From: Candidatus Aminicenantes bacterium
Lineage (GTDB): Bacteria > Acidobacteriota > Aminicenantia > Aminicenantales > JAFGBC01
Assembly: GCA_963702005.1 (NCBI GenBank)
Contig: OY969696.1
Location: 736,001 to 800,000 of the forward strand
Direction of reading: 5' to 3'
DNA length: 64,000 nucleotides
In this document: piece by piece, positions 51,650-61,419 of the stretch
Layout: each line of letters opens with the position of its first letter
Position numbering within the stretch: the stretch's first letter is position 1
The notes under the pieces: generated by a model
Seen by the model: the letters and a program-made list of their open reading frames with translations, nothing else
The model's database searches: none
What the model was told of the DNA's origin: nothing
Translations under genes and position numbers: made by a program

Positions 51650-52440
51650 GGAGCGTCCTCTGCGGGCGGGATGAGCGAGACCTCGGGGAGCGAAGTCCGG
51701 GCGTTCCGTCGGACGTCGACCTCGGCCCCGAAGACGTCGCGGATGAGCTTGCGGGTGACGAGGCGGCGCGGCGGGCCCTGGGCGGCCAGGCGCCCGTCCT
51801 TGAGGAAGAGGAGGCGGTCCGAAAACAGGACGGCCAGGTTGATATTGTGCTCGGCGCAGAGAATGGCCGTCCCCTTCTCGCGCCGGAGCCGGCGCAGCAG
51901 GCTGTAGATCTCAAGTTGATAAGCGACATCGAGGTGGGTGCTGGGCTCGTCGAGGAGGAGGAGCGGGGCGTCCTGGGCCAGGGCCCGGGCGATATGGACG
52001 CGCTGCCGCTCGCCTCCGCTCAGCCATCCGATCGGCTTGTCGCGGAGGTGTCCGATCCGGGCCAGGTCCATGATCTCGTCCAGGAAGCGGGACTCCGCGG
52101 CCGAAACGCGGCCGAACCGGCCCAGGTGGGCGTAGCGGCCCATGAGGACGACCTCCTCGGCCGTGAAGGCGAACGATGCGTCGGGGAACTGGGGGACATA
52201 GGCGACGGAACGGGCCATCAGACGCGGGTTGAGCCGGGCCGCGTCGCGGCCCTCGATCGCGACCGAGCCCTCGACCCGCGGAATCAGGCGAAGGACGGCC
52301 TTGAGGAGAGTCGTCTTCCCCGATCCGTTCGGCCCCAGGACCGATACAAACTCGCCTTTCCCCAGCGCGAAGGAGACGTCCTTGACGACGGGGTTTTCGC
52401 CGTACCCCGCCCCGAGGCCGCGGACGTCGAGGATGGACAA
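51640..52440 (-). CDS. ABC ATPase (BtuD/FepC-like)
   Basis: GPNGSGKTT, LSGGERQR, LLLDEP. Confidence 0.9.
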   Translation of the reverse strand: MSILDVRGLGAGYGENPVVKDVSFALGKGEFVSVLGPNGSGKTTLLKAVLRLIPRVEGSVAIEGRDAARLNPRLMARSVAYVPQFPDASFAFTAEEVVLMGRYAHLGRFGRVSAAESRFLDEIMDLARIGHLRDKPIGWLSGGERQRVHIARALAQDAPLLLLDEPSTHLDVAYQLEIYSLLRRLRREKGTAILCAEHNINLAVLFSDRLLFLKDGRLAAQGPPRRLVTRKLIRDVFGAEVDVRRNARTSLPEVSLIPPAEDAPCK

Positions 52441-52448
52441 GAGCGGGG

Positions 52449-53084
52449 TTATTCGTAAACTAAAATTTCGACCCTTCGGTTTAGAGCCCGGCCCTTGGCC
52501 GTGGCGTTGTCGGCGACCGGAGCGGTGCTGCCGAAACTGATGATTTCCATTCTGTGGAGGGGAATATGGTGCTTCTTGTAGAGATATTCCTTCACGGCTT
52601 CGGCCCGCTTCTGGCCCAGGATCAGATTCCAGTCTGCGTCTCCGGTGCTGTCCGTGTGGCCCTGGATCTCGAGATAGACGCCCTTGTTTTCGGCGATGAG
52701 GGCGGCGACGAATCGATCCAGCGTCGCCTGGGTTTCGGGGCCCAGCGCGTAGCTGTCGAACCCGAAATTGGCCCCCTTGCTTCGGTCCGTCTCGCGGAGG
52801 ATAAGCGTTCCCCGCACCGATTTTTTGATCTCGTCGATCTGGCCGTCCACGGCTTTAAGCCGCGAATCCTGCTGGGCGATCGCTTCCCCGATCGTGACCA
52901 GCTTCTCGTCGTGTTCCTTGATCCTCTTCTGATTCTCCTCGACCGCCTGCTCGACACCCTCGACCTTCTTGTCCAGGGGCACCATCTCTCCCCGGACGAA
53001 TTTTCTGGAAGCGCAGCCTGTCCCCAGGAGCAGGCCCGCGACCAGCGCGATTCCCAGGAGATAAGCCAGTCTTTTGTGATTCAT
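52449..53084 (-). CDS. OmpA-family peptidoglycan-binding lipoprotein
   Basis: Lipobox GTG|C, coiled coil, GHTDSTG, NRRVEI. Confidence 0.88.
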   Translation of the reverse strand: MNHKRLAYLLGIALVAGLLLGTGCASRKFVRGEMVPLDKKVEGVEQAVEENQKRIKEHDEKLVTIGEAIAQQDSRLKAVDGQIDEIKKSVRGTLILRETDRSKGANFGFDSYALGPETQATLDRFVAALIAENKGVYLEIQGHTDSTGDADWNLILGQKRAEAVKEYLYKKHHIPLHRMEIISFGSTAPVADNATAKGRALNRRVEILVYE

Positions 53085-53170
53085 GTCATCCTCCCGTCGT
53101 AATTAAAAAGGCCCTTTCAAGAAGCTTTATCATAATCCACTCCGCCGGCGATGTACAGCCCGGCCGGCCC

Positions 53171-54145
53171 TCAATACCCTTCCCGGGTCCTGACCCGATA
53201 ATTCTTTTTGGGCGTCGTGACCCGGATGTGCCGGTATTCATCGGTCACGTTCTTGTAGGACGTATAGCCGATGATGTAATGATGGCCCAACTCAGTCTTG
53301 ATCTCGCCCAAGACCGTCATCAGCTCCTCCGGACTCCGGACGAAGTAGGCCTTCCCGCCGGTCGCGCGCGAGAATCGCTCCAGCGAGCCCGCGATCCCCG
53401 CCGGCGTCGCGGTCGATCCCTTCTTGAGCTTTCGCAGGTCCTCGTCGCTGAGGGGGATTTTATAGCCGATCGTGTAGATGGGCACATCGACGCGGCGCGC
53501 AACCTCCAGGGCCTGCTCCGGCGAGTACTGGCTGTCGTTTTCGACCCCGTCGGTCAGGAGAATGAGGGCCCGTTTCTCGTACCGGCCCCTGTTGGCGTAT
53601 TCGGGCGAGACCCCGACGGCGTCGTTCAAAGCCGTTTTACCGTAGGGCTCGGTCTTTTCGAGGACGGTCCAGATCTCGTTCTTCCGGATGGTGTGGGGAG
53701 CGGCTACTTCGACCGCCCCGTCGGCGAAGATGAGCAGGGAAGCCTCGTCCTGGGGGATCAGGGTCGAGAGCAGGAAGGGACGGAGACAGGATTTGATCTC
53801 GGCCAGCTTGTCCTGGACGGCCATGCTTCCGCTGACGTCGAGGAGGAAGGTCAGGCTGACGGGCGCGTTGAAGTCGTGCCGGAAGTAAGTCAGCGCCCGG
53901 GGCTTGTTGTTCTCGAAGACGGCGAAATCCTTAGCGGTCAGGTCGTTGATGTACCCTCCGCCCTTGTTCTGGACGGTGACGGCGATCGTGATGGCGATGA
54001 CCGAGATATCGACCGACGCGTCTTGTTTTTGCGTCTCCTGTTTAGCGTCCTGCTGCAAGGATGGACGAGGGCCCGCGCCGGCCATAACGGCATAAAGACA
54101 CAGGGCGGCAAGGATAACAAGGGCGATCCGGCCTTTCATTTCCAT
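53171..54145 (-). CDS. VWA domain protein (acidobacterial VWFA-related)
   Basis: DVSGSM MIDAS, TALNDA, LTDG, TGG, RTREGY end. Confidence 0.85.
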   Translation of the reverse strand: MEMKGRIALVILAALCLYAVMAGAGPRPSLQQDAKQETQKQDASVDISVIAITIAVTVQNKGGGYINDLTAKDFAVFENNKPRALTYFRHDFNAPVSLTFLLDVSGSMAVQDKLAEIKSCLRPFLLSTLIPQDEASLLIFADGAVEVAAPHTIRKNEIWTVLEKTEPYGKTALNDAVGVSPEYANRGRYEKRALILLTDGVENDSQYSPEQALEVARRVDVPIYTIGYKIPLSDEDLRKLKKGSTATPAGIAGSLERFSRATGGKAYFVRSPEELMTVLGEIKTELGHHYIIGYTSYKNVTDEYRHIRVTTPKKNYRVRTREGY

Positions 54146-54231
54146 CCCCTTTTTATTGTTGTTCGGACTCGGACGGATGTCAATGCGGTTCGGAACCGGG
54201 AAAGCGGCCGGCGACGCCGCCGACGCCGGAA

Positions 54232-54300
54232 TTGACCCGTTCGCCGACGCTCAGGGTCAACTCTATACAAGCCCTGGCCTTAAGGCCAGGGGAGTTGAGA
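54232..54300. repeat. Dispersed palindromic element plus IS200/IS605-end-like hairpin
   Basis: TTGACCCGTTCGCCGACGCTCAGGGTCAA followed by CCCTGGCCTTAAGGCCAGGG palindrome. Confidence 0.65.
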
Positions 54301-54368
54301 GTTTGACAATTCTCCCCGTTGAATCTAAGATAAATGATTGATTTTGCGTCAACGGGCAAGTACAACTC

Positions 54369-56867
54369 ATGGACAACACTAAGAAGACCGAATTTTACGA
54401 TGTCCAGGCCGTCGAGGCCAAGTGGCGGAAGGCCTGGAGCGACACGGCGGCCTTCCGTGTGAGCGAGGACCCCGCCAAGCCGAAGTTCTACTGCCTCGAG
54501 ATGTATCCTTACCCCTCCGGCTACATCCATATGGGGCACGTCCGCAACTACACGATCGGCGACGTCATCTCCCGGTTCAAGGTCATGAAGGGTTTCAACG
54601 TCCTCCATCCGATCGGCTGGGACGCCCTGGGCATGCCGGCCGAAAACGCCGCCATCAAGCGAGGCGTCCATCCCCGGACCTGGACCCTGGAGAACGTCGC
54701 CCACATGAAGATCCAGCTCCAGCGGCTGGGGATCTCCTACGACTGGTCGCGGGAGGTCAACACCTGCCTTCCCGACTACTACAAATGGAACCAGTGGATC
54801 TTCCTCAAGATGTTCGAGAAGGGGCTGGCTTTCCGCAAGGAGAGCCGGGTCAACTGGTGCCCCCAGTGTCAAACCGTCTTGGCCAACGAGCAGGTCGTGG
54901 CCGAGGGCTGCTGGCGCTGCGAAACGAAGGTCGCCCAGAAGAAGATGGAGCAGTGGTTCCTCAAGATCACGGACTACGCCGAGGAGCTGCTGACCGGCCA
55001 CGCCCTCCTGGCCAAGTGGCCCGAGCACGTCCTGCTCATGCAGAAAAACTGGATCGGAAAGAGCTTCGGGAGCCTCGTCTCATTTCCGTTGGCCGGGGGC
55101 GGGCGCCCGATAGACGTCTTCACAACCCGGATCGACACCATCTACGGCGCGACCTTCCTCGTCCTGGCCGCCGAGCACCCGATGACGACCCAGCTCGTCG
55201 CCCGCTCGCCGCGCCGCCAGGAGCTCCAGGCCTGGGTATCCCGAGTCATCGCTCAATCCCGCTTCAAGAGGGACGACGCGCCCGAGGAGAAGGAAGGGAT
55301 CGACACCGGCGCCAAGGTCGTCAACCCCTTCACCGGCCGCAAGATTCCGGTCTGGCTGGCGAACTACGTCCTGATGGATTACGGGACGGGCGCCATCATG
55401 GCCGTGCCGGCCCACGACCAGCGGGATCACGAATTCGCCCTCAAGTACGGTCTCGACATCAAGACCGTCATCCTGCCCGAGAAGGACCGGGACGAAGCCG
55501 TCGAGCCGGGCAAGTCCTTCGAGGAATGGGGCGTCCTGGCCGACTCCGGCGAATTCTCCGGCCTCCGCTCGGCCGAGGCCATCGAGCGCATGAACCGCCG
55601 GGCCGAGGCGCAAGGGTTCGGCAAGCAAAATGTCATCTACCGGCTCCGCGATTGGGGGATTTCGCGCCAGCGCTACTGGGGGACGCCCATTCCGATCATC
55701 TTTTGCCCCGCCTGCGGCGCCGTCGGCGTTCCCTACCAGGATCTTCCGGTCGAGCTTCCCTTCGACGTGCCGTTCACGGGCGAAGAAGGCTCGCCCCTGG
55801 ATAAGGTTTCGGCCTTCGTCCGGACGACCTGCCCCAAATGCGGCGGAGCGGCCCGGCGCGAGACGGACACCATGGACACCTTCGTGGACTCCTCCTGGTA
55901 CTTTTTCCGTTACACCTCGCCGGAGCGGACCGACCTCCCCTTCGCCCCGGAAGCGGCCCGCTACTGGATGCCCGTCGACCTCTACATCGGCGGCGTCGAG
56001 CACGCCATCCTCCATCTCATCTATGCCCGGTTCTTCACCAAGTTCCTCCGCGACCTGGGCCTGACTTCCGTCGATGAACCCTTCCCGCACTACCTTGCCC
56101 AGGGCATGGTCACCAAGGAAGGCTGGGCCATGTCCAAATCGAAGGGGAACGTCGTCGATCCGGACGAGATTATCCAGGCCTACGGCGCGGACGCCCTCCG
56201 CCTCTTCATCCTGTTCGCCTCGCCGCCCGAGAAGGAATTCGCTTGGACCCAGGAGGGGGTAGAAGGCTGCCACCGCTTCCTGAACCGGATTTGGAGCCTC
56301 TTTCTGGAAAACCGGGATCTCTTCGACCCGAAGACCGCGCCGGCCCCGCTCGACCCGGCCGCGGCCGGACGGTTTCCGCTGGCCCGAAAGGTCCACCAGA
56401 CCATTCGCAAGGTCGGAGACGACATCGGAGTCCGCTTCCACCTCAACACGGCCATCTCGTCCATCATGGAGCTCACCAACCAGATCCGGAAGGACCGGGA
56501 AGGCCTCCTCGCCGACGCCGCGGGGCGGGCCGTCCTGAGGCAGGCCCTGGAAATGCTCGCTCTCCTTCTCGGGCCGTTCGCCCCCCACCTCGGCGAAGAG
56601 ATCTGGAGCCGGATGGGCCGCGGCGGGCTGCTGTTCCGGGCGGCCTGGCCGGCCTACGACCCCGAGCTGGCCCGGGACGAGCTGATGACGATCGTCGTCC
56701 AGGTCAACGGCAAGCTCCGGGACAAATTCGAGGCGGCGCCCGACCTGGCCGAGGAAGCGCTCATGAAGGAAGCTCTGGCCCTGGACCGGATCAAAGAATT
56801 TCTGGGCGGGCGGGCTCCCCGCAAGGTCATCGCCGTCAAAAACAGGCTCGTCAATATCGTCGTATAA
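54369..56867 (+). CDS. leuS: Leucine--tRNA ligase
   Basis: MYPYPSGYIHMGH, GTGAIMAVPAHDQRD, SRQRYWG, AMSKS, VQVNGKLR. Confidence 0.97.
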   Translation: MDNTKKTEFYDVQAVEAKWRKAWSDTAAFRVSEDPAKPKFYCLEMYPYPSGYIHMGHVRNYTIGDVISRFKVMKGFNVLHPIGWDALGMPAENAAIKRGVHPRTWTLENVAHMKIQLQRLGISYDWSREVNTCLPDYYKWNQWIFLKMFEKGLAFRKESRVNWCPQCQTVLANEQVVAEGCWRCETKVAQKKMEQWFLKITDYAEELLTGHALLAKWPEHVLLMQKNWIGKSFGSLVSFPLAGGGRPIDVFTTRIDTIYGATFLVLAAEHPMTTQLVARSPRRQELQAWVSRVIAQSRFKRDDAPEEKEGIDTGAKVVNPFTGRKIPVWLANYVLMDYGTGAIMAVPAHDQRDHEFALKYGLDIKTVILPEKDRDEAVEPGKSFEEWGVLADSGEFSGLRSAEAIERMNRRAEAQGFGKQNVIYRLRDWGISRQRYWGTPIPIIFCPACGAVGVPYQDLPVELPFDVPFTGEEGSPLDKVSAFVRTTCPKCGGAARRETDTMDTFVDSSWYFFRYTSPERTDLPFAPEAARYWMPVDLYIGGVEHAILHLIYARFFTKFLRDLGLTSVDEPFPHYLAQGMVTKEGWAMSKSKGNVVDPDEIIQAYGADALRLFILFASPPEKEFAWTQEGVEGCHRFLNRIWSLFLENRDLFDPKTAPAPLDPAAAGRFPLARKVHQTIRKVGDDIGVRFHLNTAISSIMELTNQIRKDREGLLADAAGRAVLRQALEMLALLLGPFAPHLGEEIWSRMGRGGLLFRAAWPAYDPELARDELMTIVVQVNGKLRDKFEAAPDLAEEALMKEALALDRIKEFLGGRAPRKVIAVKNRLVNIVV

Positions 56868-56883
56868 GGAGTCGGCCGCAGTC

Positions 56884-57396
56884 ATGAAGACGAAACTCCC
56901 GCTTATCCTGGTCCTGTGCGCCTTCGCCGCCGGCTGCGGCTACGGCCTGCGCGGGACCGGGACCTTCCTCCCGCCCCACATCAAGACGGTCTGCGTCCCG
57001 ATGTTCAAGAACGAGACGACCCGCTTCCAGCTCGACCTCAAGCTGACCCAGGCCGTCATCAACGAGTTTGTCTCCCGGAGCAAGGTCTCCATCACGGCCG
57101 ACGACACGAAAGCCGACGCCGTGCTGATGGGCGACGTCCAGACCTTCGTCGTCCGGCCGATCGCCCTTTCCAGCCAGGGCGGAGCCGACCGCTACAACAT
57201 CACCGTCATCGCCCGGATCGTCCTCCGCGACAAGGTCAAGAACCGGATCATCTTCGCCAACCCCTCCTTCATGTACATCGGGGAATACGAGGTTTCCGAG
57301 GGCGCCGACTTCGAGTCCCAGGAGACCGAGGCCATCGACCAGATCGCCGAGAAGTTCGCCCGAAGCCTGGTCATGACTATGCTCGAAGGATTCTAA
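56884..57396 (+). CDS. lptE: LPS assembly lipoprotein LptE
   Basis: Lipobox AAG|CGY, conserved leuS-lptE-holA order. Confidence 0.85.
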   Translation: MKTKLPLILVLCAFAAGCGYGLRGTGTFLPPHIKTVCVPMFKNETTRFQLDLKLTQAVINEFVSRSKVSITADDTKADAVLMGDVQTFVVRPIALSSQGGADRYNITVIARIVLRDKVKNRIIFANPSFMYIGEYEVSEGADFESQETEAIDQIAEKFARSLVMTMLEGF

Positions 57397-57400
57397 AGCC

Positions 57401-58543
57401 GTGCCCGGCGATTCGTTCGGCCCCGACCTCGACGCGGCCGTCCTCGCTCCCTGCTACCTGTTCTACGGCGAGGAAACCTTCCAAGCCCTGGAATTCATCG
57501 ACCGGGTCCGGGAGCGCCTCTTTGCCGGCCGGTCCGTCGAATTCGGAATCGAGCGCTTTTACATCCCGGAGACGGGCTGGCGCGAAGTCGTCGATTCGGC
57601 GCGAACGACGGCGTCCCTGTTCGCGGACTGGCGCGTTCTCGTCGTCAAGGTCGAGGCCAAGCGGTCCAAGGCGGAGGACGAGGAAGACCAGGCGGGCCGG
57701 GAAGTCCGCCGCGCCAAGGGAGGCGAGGAAGTGCTCAAGGACTATCTGGCCGCGCCCTCCGACCGGACCGTCCTCGTCATCGTCCTGGCCGGCCCGGTCA
57801 AAAAATCCCATCCGCTCGTCAAGCTCCTGTCGGCATTCCCGGCGACGACCGTCGTGGTTCGGGAGGCCAAGCCCTTCAAAGAGCGTGAGGCCAAGCCCTG
57901 GGTCGAGGAACGGGCGGCCCGGCTCGGAAAGCGGATCGAGCCCGAGGCCCGGGACCGGCTCGTCGAGGTCACGGGTTGCGACGCGGCCGTCCTGGCCGGC
58001 GAGATCGAAAAGCTGGCCCTGTTCACGGATGAGCGGAGGGTCATCAAGCTCGATGATATCGAGCGTCTCTCGGGCTGGGTCAAGTCCTTCGAGGGCTATG
58101 AAATAGAGAATGCCCTCCTGGCGGCCGACGTCCGGCAGGCTGTCGTCATCTTGGACCGGCTTTTCCGGGACGGTCACCGGGCGGAGGCGATCGTGGGCCA
58201 GATGGCGCGGTTCGTCCGGGATCTGCTCATGGCCAAGCTCAAGCTCCGCGAGGGCAGGACACGCAAAGAGATCTTCGCCGAACTCAAGCCCCACATCTCG
58301 GCTTCTTATATAAAGCTCTACGAGGAGATATCCGGCAGATTATTCGGGCTCGTGGAGCGTTTGTCCTTCGACGACCTGCGCGGCCTTCTGGCCGGCTTGC
58401 GCCGAATCGACGAGAGGATCAAGACCTCGGACAGCTCTCCCCAGGCGCTGTTGGAGAGGTTCGTGGTTGAGTACGCCGCGGCGGCCGAACGGCGGGGGAT
58501 TATTTTCCCGGGGCGGCGTTCAGGAGCTCGACCTGCCGGCTGA
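57401..58543 (+). CDS. holA: DNA polymerase III delta subunit
   Basis: YLFYGEE, SLFADWRVLVV, EIEKL, D..IKT; synteny. Confidence 0.88.
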   Translation: MPGDSFGPDLDAAVLAPCYLFYGEETFQALEFIDRVRERLFAGRSVEFGIERFYIPETGWREVVDSARTTASLFADWRVLVVKVEAKRSKAEDEEDQAGREVRRAKGGEEVLKDYLAAPSDRTVLVIVLAGPVKKSHPLVKLLSAFPATTVVVREAKPFKEREAKPWVEERAARLGKRIEPEARDRLVEVTGCDAAVLAGEIEKLALFTDERRVIKLDDIERLSGWVKSFEGYEIENALLAADVRQAVVILDRLFRDGHRAEAIVGQMARFVRDLLMAKLKLREGRTRKEIFAELKPHISASYIKLYEEISGRLFGLVERLSFDDLRGLLAGLRRIDERIKTSDSSPQALLERFVVEYAAAAERRGIIFPGRRSGARPAG

Positions 58544-58778
58544 GACGGGACTTGGTACGGCTGCCCGTATTGGCGTGGATGGTCTTTTTCTTGACGGCCA
58601 TGTCGATCGTCGAAAAGGTCTTGGGAAGGAGAGCCCGGCTCTTGTCCTTGTCCTTGGCCTGTATCGCTTCGCGGAGCTTGCGGATTTGAGTCCGCAGGGC
58701 CGAGGTGTTGCTCTGGTTGACGGCTTTGCGACGGAGGCTGCGCTTGTGCTGCCGGATCGCGGATTTGTGTCGGACCAT
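58500..58778 (-). CDS. rpsT: 30S ribosomal protein S20
   Basis: HKSAIRQ, IDMAVKKKTIHANTGSRTKSRL; TTGACA-N17-TATCAT promoter at 58803-58831. Confidence 0.93.
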   Translation of the reverse strand: MVRHKSAIRQHKRSLRRKAVNQSNTSALRTQIRKLREAIQAKDKDKSRALLPKTFSTIDMAVKKKTIHANTGSRTKSRLSRQVELLNAAPGK

Positions 58779-58899
58779 CTGTCTCTCCTTTGGGAAAGCC
58801 GTATGATAGAATACAAACCTTCTGATGTCAACAGCTTCGACGCTGCGTGGAAGCCAGCTTAGATGTTAGAAGGTAATAGCGCGTTTTAAGGTCGAGCGA

Positions 58900-59029
58900 G
58901 GGGTGCTGGGGTGAAGAGGCCCTACGAAGGGTCGAGCGGGCATGGTTCCGCAAAGCGGAGAGCGAGACCCGCAGTGGGAGCGGGTTTGACTCGCTGGGGC
59001 AAACACGCGTCCTCTGAGCCCCACGCCCC
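58900..59029. ncRNA. Candidate structured RNA or palindromic element of unknown class
   Basis: Long-range closing stem enclosing three hairpins; no known family recognised. Confidence 0.3.
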
Positions 59030-59068
59030 GAGCGAGCCCGAGGCGCGGATGAGAGGCGAGGAGCGGCC

Positions 59069-59518
59069 ATGAAAATCGTCCTACAAAGGGTCAAAGAAGC
59101 ATGGGTCAGCGTCGAGGGCCGCGAGGTCGGCCGGATCGGCCGCGGCATCTGCCTGCTGGTGGCCGTCGAGAAGGGAGACACGCCCGCGGACGCGGCGTTC
59201 CTGGCCCGGAAGGCCGTCGAGCTCAGGGTCTTCCCCGACGCCGAGGGGAAGATGAACCTCGGCCTGGCCGAGGCGGGCGGCGAGGTCCTGGCCGTCTCCC
59301 AGTTCACCCTGGCCGCCTCGGTCCGCAAGGGACGCCGGCCGAGCTTCGACGGGGCCGCCGATCCCGTTCCGGCCGAGGTCCTGTTCGATGAGTTCGTCCG
59401 GGCCGTGAGAGAGGCCGGCTTCAGGATCGAGACCGGGATCTTCCAGGCCGTGATGGAGGTCCACATCGTCAACGACGGCCCGGTGACGTTCATTCTCGAT
59501 TCCCGGGCGAAGGAGTAG
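59069..59518 (+). CDS. dtd: D-aminoacyl-tRNA deacylase
   Basis: [25 protein letters not shown]. Confidence 0.95.
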   Translation: MKIVLQRVKEAWVSVEGREVGRIGRGICLLVAVEKGDTPADAAFLARKAVELRVFPDAEGKMNLGLAEAGGEVLAVSQFTLAASVRKGRRPSFDGAADPVPAEVLFDEFVRAVREAGFRIETGIFQAVMEVHIVNDGPVTFILDSRAKE

Positions 59519-59547
59519 GGCGCGCCGGTCAAATCGGAAGTTCCTCC

Positions 59548-61419
59548 TCACAACCCCTTGAATTTGAGCTCCCTCAAATCCGGCCAGGCGAAGACGCGGA
59601 CCTTTTTGCCTTTTCGAAGGATGATCCCGGTGTCCGAGTGGTCGAATTGCTCTTTCCATTTGGTGTACGATTCCCCCTCCTGGGGCATGACAACCTCTTT
59701 GACCTTCGTGAGGGAGAAGGCTCTGAGCGGGACCAGGCGACGGCCTTCGATCCGATAGTACGTCATTTTCTTGAGAGCCGGATCTTCTTCCACCATGAAT
59801 GAGCCGAAGGCGAGGAGGTTCATAACCCAACTATTCATTCCGGCCTTGAGGGCTCCGACCTCTTCGGTCTCCAATGTTGCCAGGTCCAAACGAACGATTT
59901 GGCCGCGGCTTGTATAACAGACTTTGTTCCCGAAGGGAGAGGTCGAAACGGTTCCCGACTCTTCTCTGAAAAAATCAAAGGGAAACGAGTCCCGATCACA
60001 GGCAATAGTTTTAGCCGTCTCAATTCCCGTCCCCGTGTCTTTAAGAATGGTGATATTTTCTTTGTCCCTCGAGAAAAGCAGATGATTGAAATAAACCGGC
60101 AATATAAAGGGGGCCATGGGACTGCTTTCGACGCGGCCGTTTTCCCACAGCCTTAAAAGATATCGTTCATAACCTGGATGGGATGGCACCGCCAGATTAG
60201 CCAGCCAATATCGCTTTCCTTCGAAAACGTTCGTACCAAAAAGGTTGGGAGAGTCTTTCTGGAAAAGGACGTCTCGGAAAATGATTTCGGCCGTTTCCGC
60301 GGAATTTTCGGTCCGCTTGATGAGGCGAATGTCTTCCGTATAGGCGTTTCTCGGCTTAATATAGTAAATATCGCGGCCGTCTCGAAGGGGGAACCGGCTC
60401 CAAGCTCCATTTTCATCGGGCGGGAGATCCGTTACGGCGCCGGATTCCATGTCAAGTTTTTTCAGCTTGCCGAGGCCGTCGCGATAGTAAATAAGATTGT
60501 CTTTTTCGAACGCCGTCCATGGCTCCATCCCGTCTTTTAAGGGGTGTTTCACCTTGTGGTCTTCATGGTATACGGTGCACCTCGAATATTGATATTCAAG
60601 GAGCGTGTGATCTTGAGTGAGTTCGTAGTAGGCCTCTGGAGGCGGGACGGCGGAATTTGAAAGAACGTAGGACGAGCCGGCGGCCGCCAGGGCGACCGGG
60701 ATGAAAAACGCGGCGAAGCGACGGCCGTGGTGGACGACGGGCTTCACGTCGAGCTTGCGGGCAGTTTCAAGAAAGGCCAGGATGAACGGGACAATGACGA
60801 TGAGGCCGTCGGCCCAGAGAAGGGGGCCGAGCCATTTATCCGAGTGTAGCCACGACAGGGTGAAAACGCCCTTGAAGTGGTCCGTCCAGGTGGGATCCGA
60901 ATAGCCGGGGGAATGGATCATCCAGATGATCGTCAGGACGACGATCCAGCAGGCCGCGGCCGAGAACATCGTCATGAGGGTCAAGACGAGAAAATTCTCG
61001 ATGATGGGCGCTAGGCAGACGGCAATGACGAACAGAAAGACCAGAGTGATGGTGAAGGGATCGATCCCCATGGCCGCGATGGACGATCCGCTCGCCCGGT
61101 AAAGAAGCCAGAAAAAAAAGTATAGGACGCCGAGAACCGCGGCGCGGGGGAGGATCTTCAGCCCCAGAAGTTGAAGACGGGAATAAGGCATGGACAGAGC
61201 ATATTCAACGGCGTGTTGGTCGCGCTCCCGCGTGAGCAGAGACGCCCCCAGGAAAAGGGCCCAGAACAGCAAGGCGGTTTGAAAAACGGGAAGGAGGAGG
61301 GCAAGGTAGGACGTGCGCTTCATGAGGTGCAGGGACAGGATCACGGCCGGAATCAGGGCGACGGCCGGAAGGAAAATCGCGGTTTGCTTGACGACGTCAG
61401 TGAGCTCTTTTTTGAACAT
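59548..61419 (-). CDS. ABC-2 type permease-like membrane protein with large soluble domain
   Basis: Multiple N-terminal TMs with E..LSMPYSR motif; in operon with ABC ATPase and GntR. Confidence 0.7.
   Translation of the reverse strand: MFKKELTDVVKQTAIFLPAVALIPAVILSLHLMKRTSYLALLLPVFQTALLFWALFLGASLLTRERDQHAVEYALSMPYSRLQLLGLKILPRAAVLGVLYFFFWLLYRASGSSIAAMGIDPFTITLVFLFVIAVCLAPIIENFLVLTLMTMFSAAACWIVVLTIIWMIHSPGYSDPTWTDHFKGVFTLSWLHSDKWLGPLLWADGLIVIVPFILAFLETARKLDVKPVVHHGRRFAAFFIPVALAAAGSSYVLSNSAVPPPEAYYELTQDHTLLEYQYSRCTVYHEDHKVKHPLKDGMEPWTAFEKDNLIYYRDGLGKLKKLDMESGAVTDLPPDENGAWSRFPLRDGRDIYYIKPRNAYTEDIRLIKRTENSAETAEIIFRDVLFQKDSPNLFGTNVFEGKRYWLANLAVPSHPGYERYLLRLWENGRVESSPMAPFILPVYFNHLLFSRDKENITILKDTGTGIETAKTIACDRDSFPFDFFREESGTVSTSPFGNKVCYTSRGQIVRLDLATLETEEVGALKAGMNSWVMNLLAFGSFMVEEDPALKKMTYYRIEGRRLVPLRAFSLTKVKEVVMPQEGESYTKWKEQFDHSDTGIILRKGKKVRVFAWPDLRELKFKGL

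Noticed and set aside
56120-56145. LeuRS KMSKS motif reading AMSKS
   Set aside because: The first position varies among class I synthetases and the catalytic second Lys is intact.
55080-56885. Long antisense ORFs (601 aa here; also 36224-38143, 24778-26415, 6705-8240)
   Set aside because: Typical stop-poor antisense shadows of high-GC genes, no recognisable motifs.
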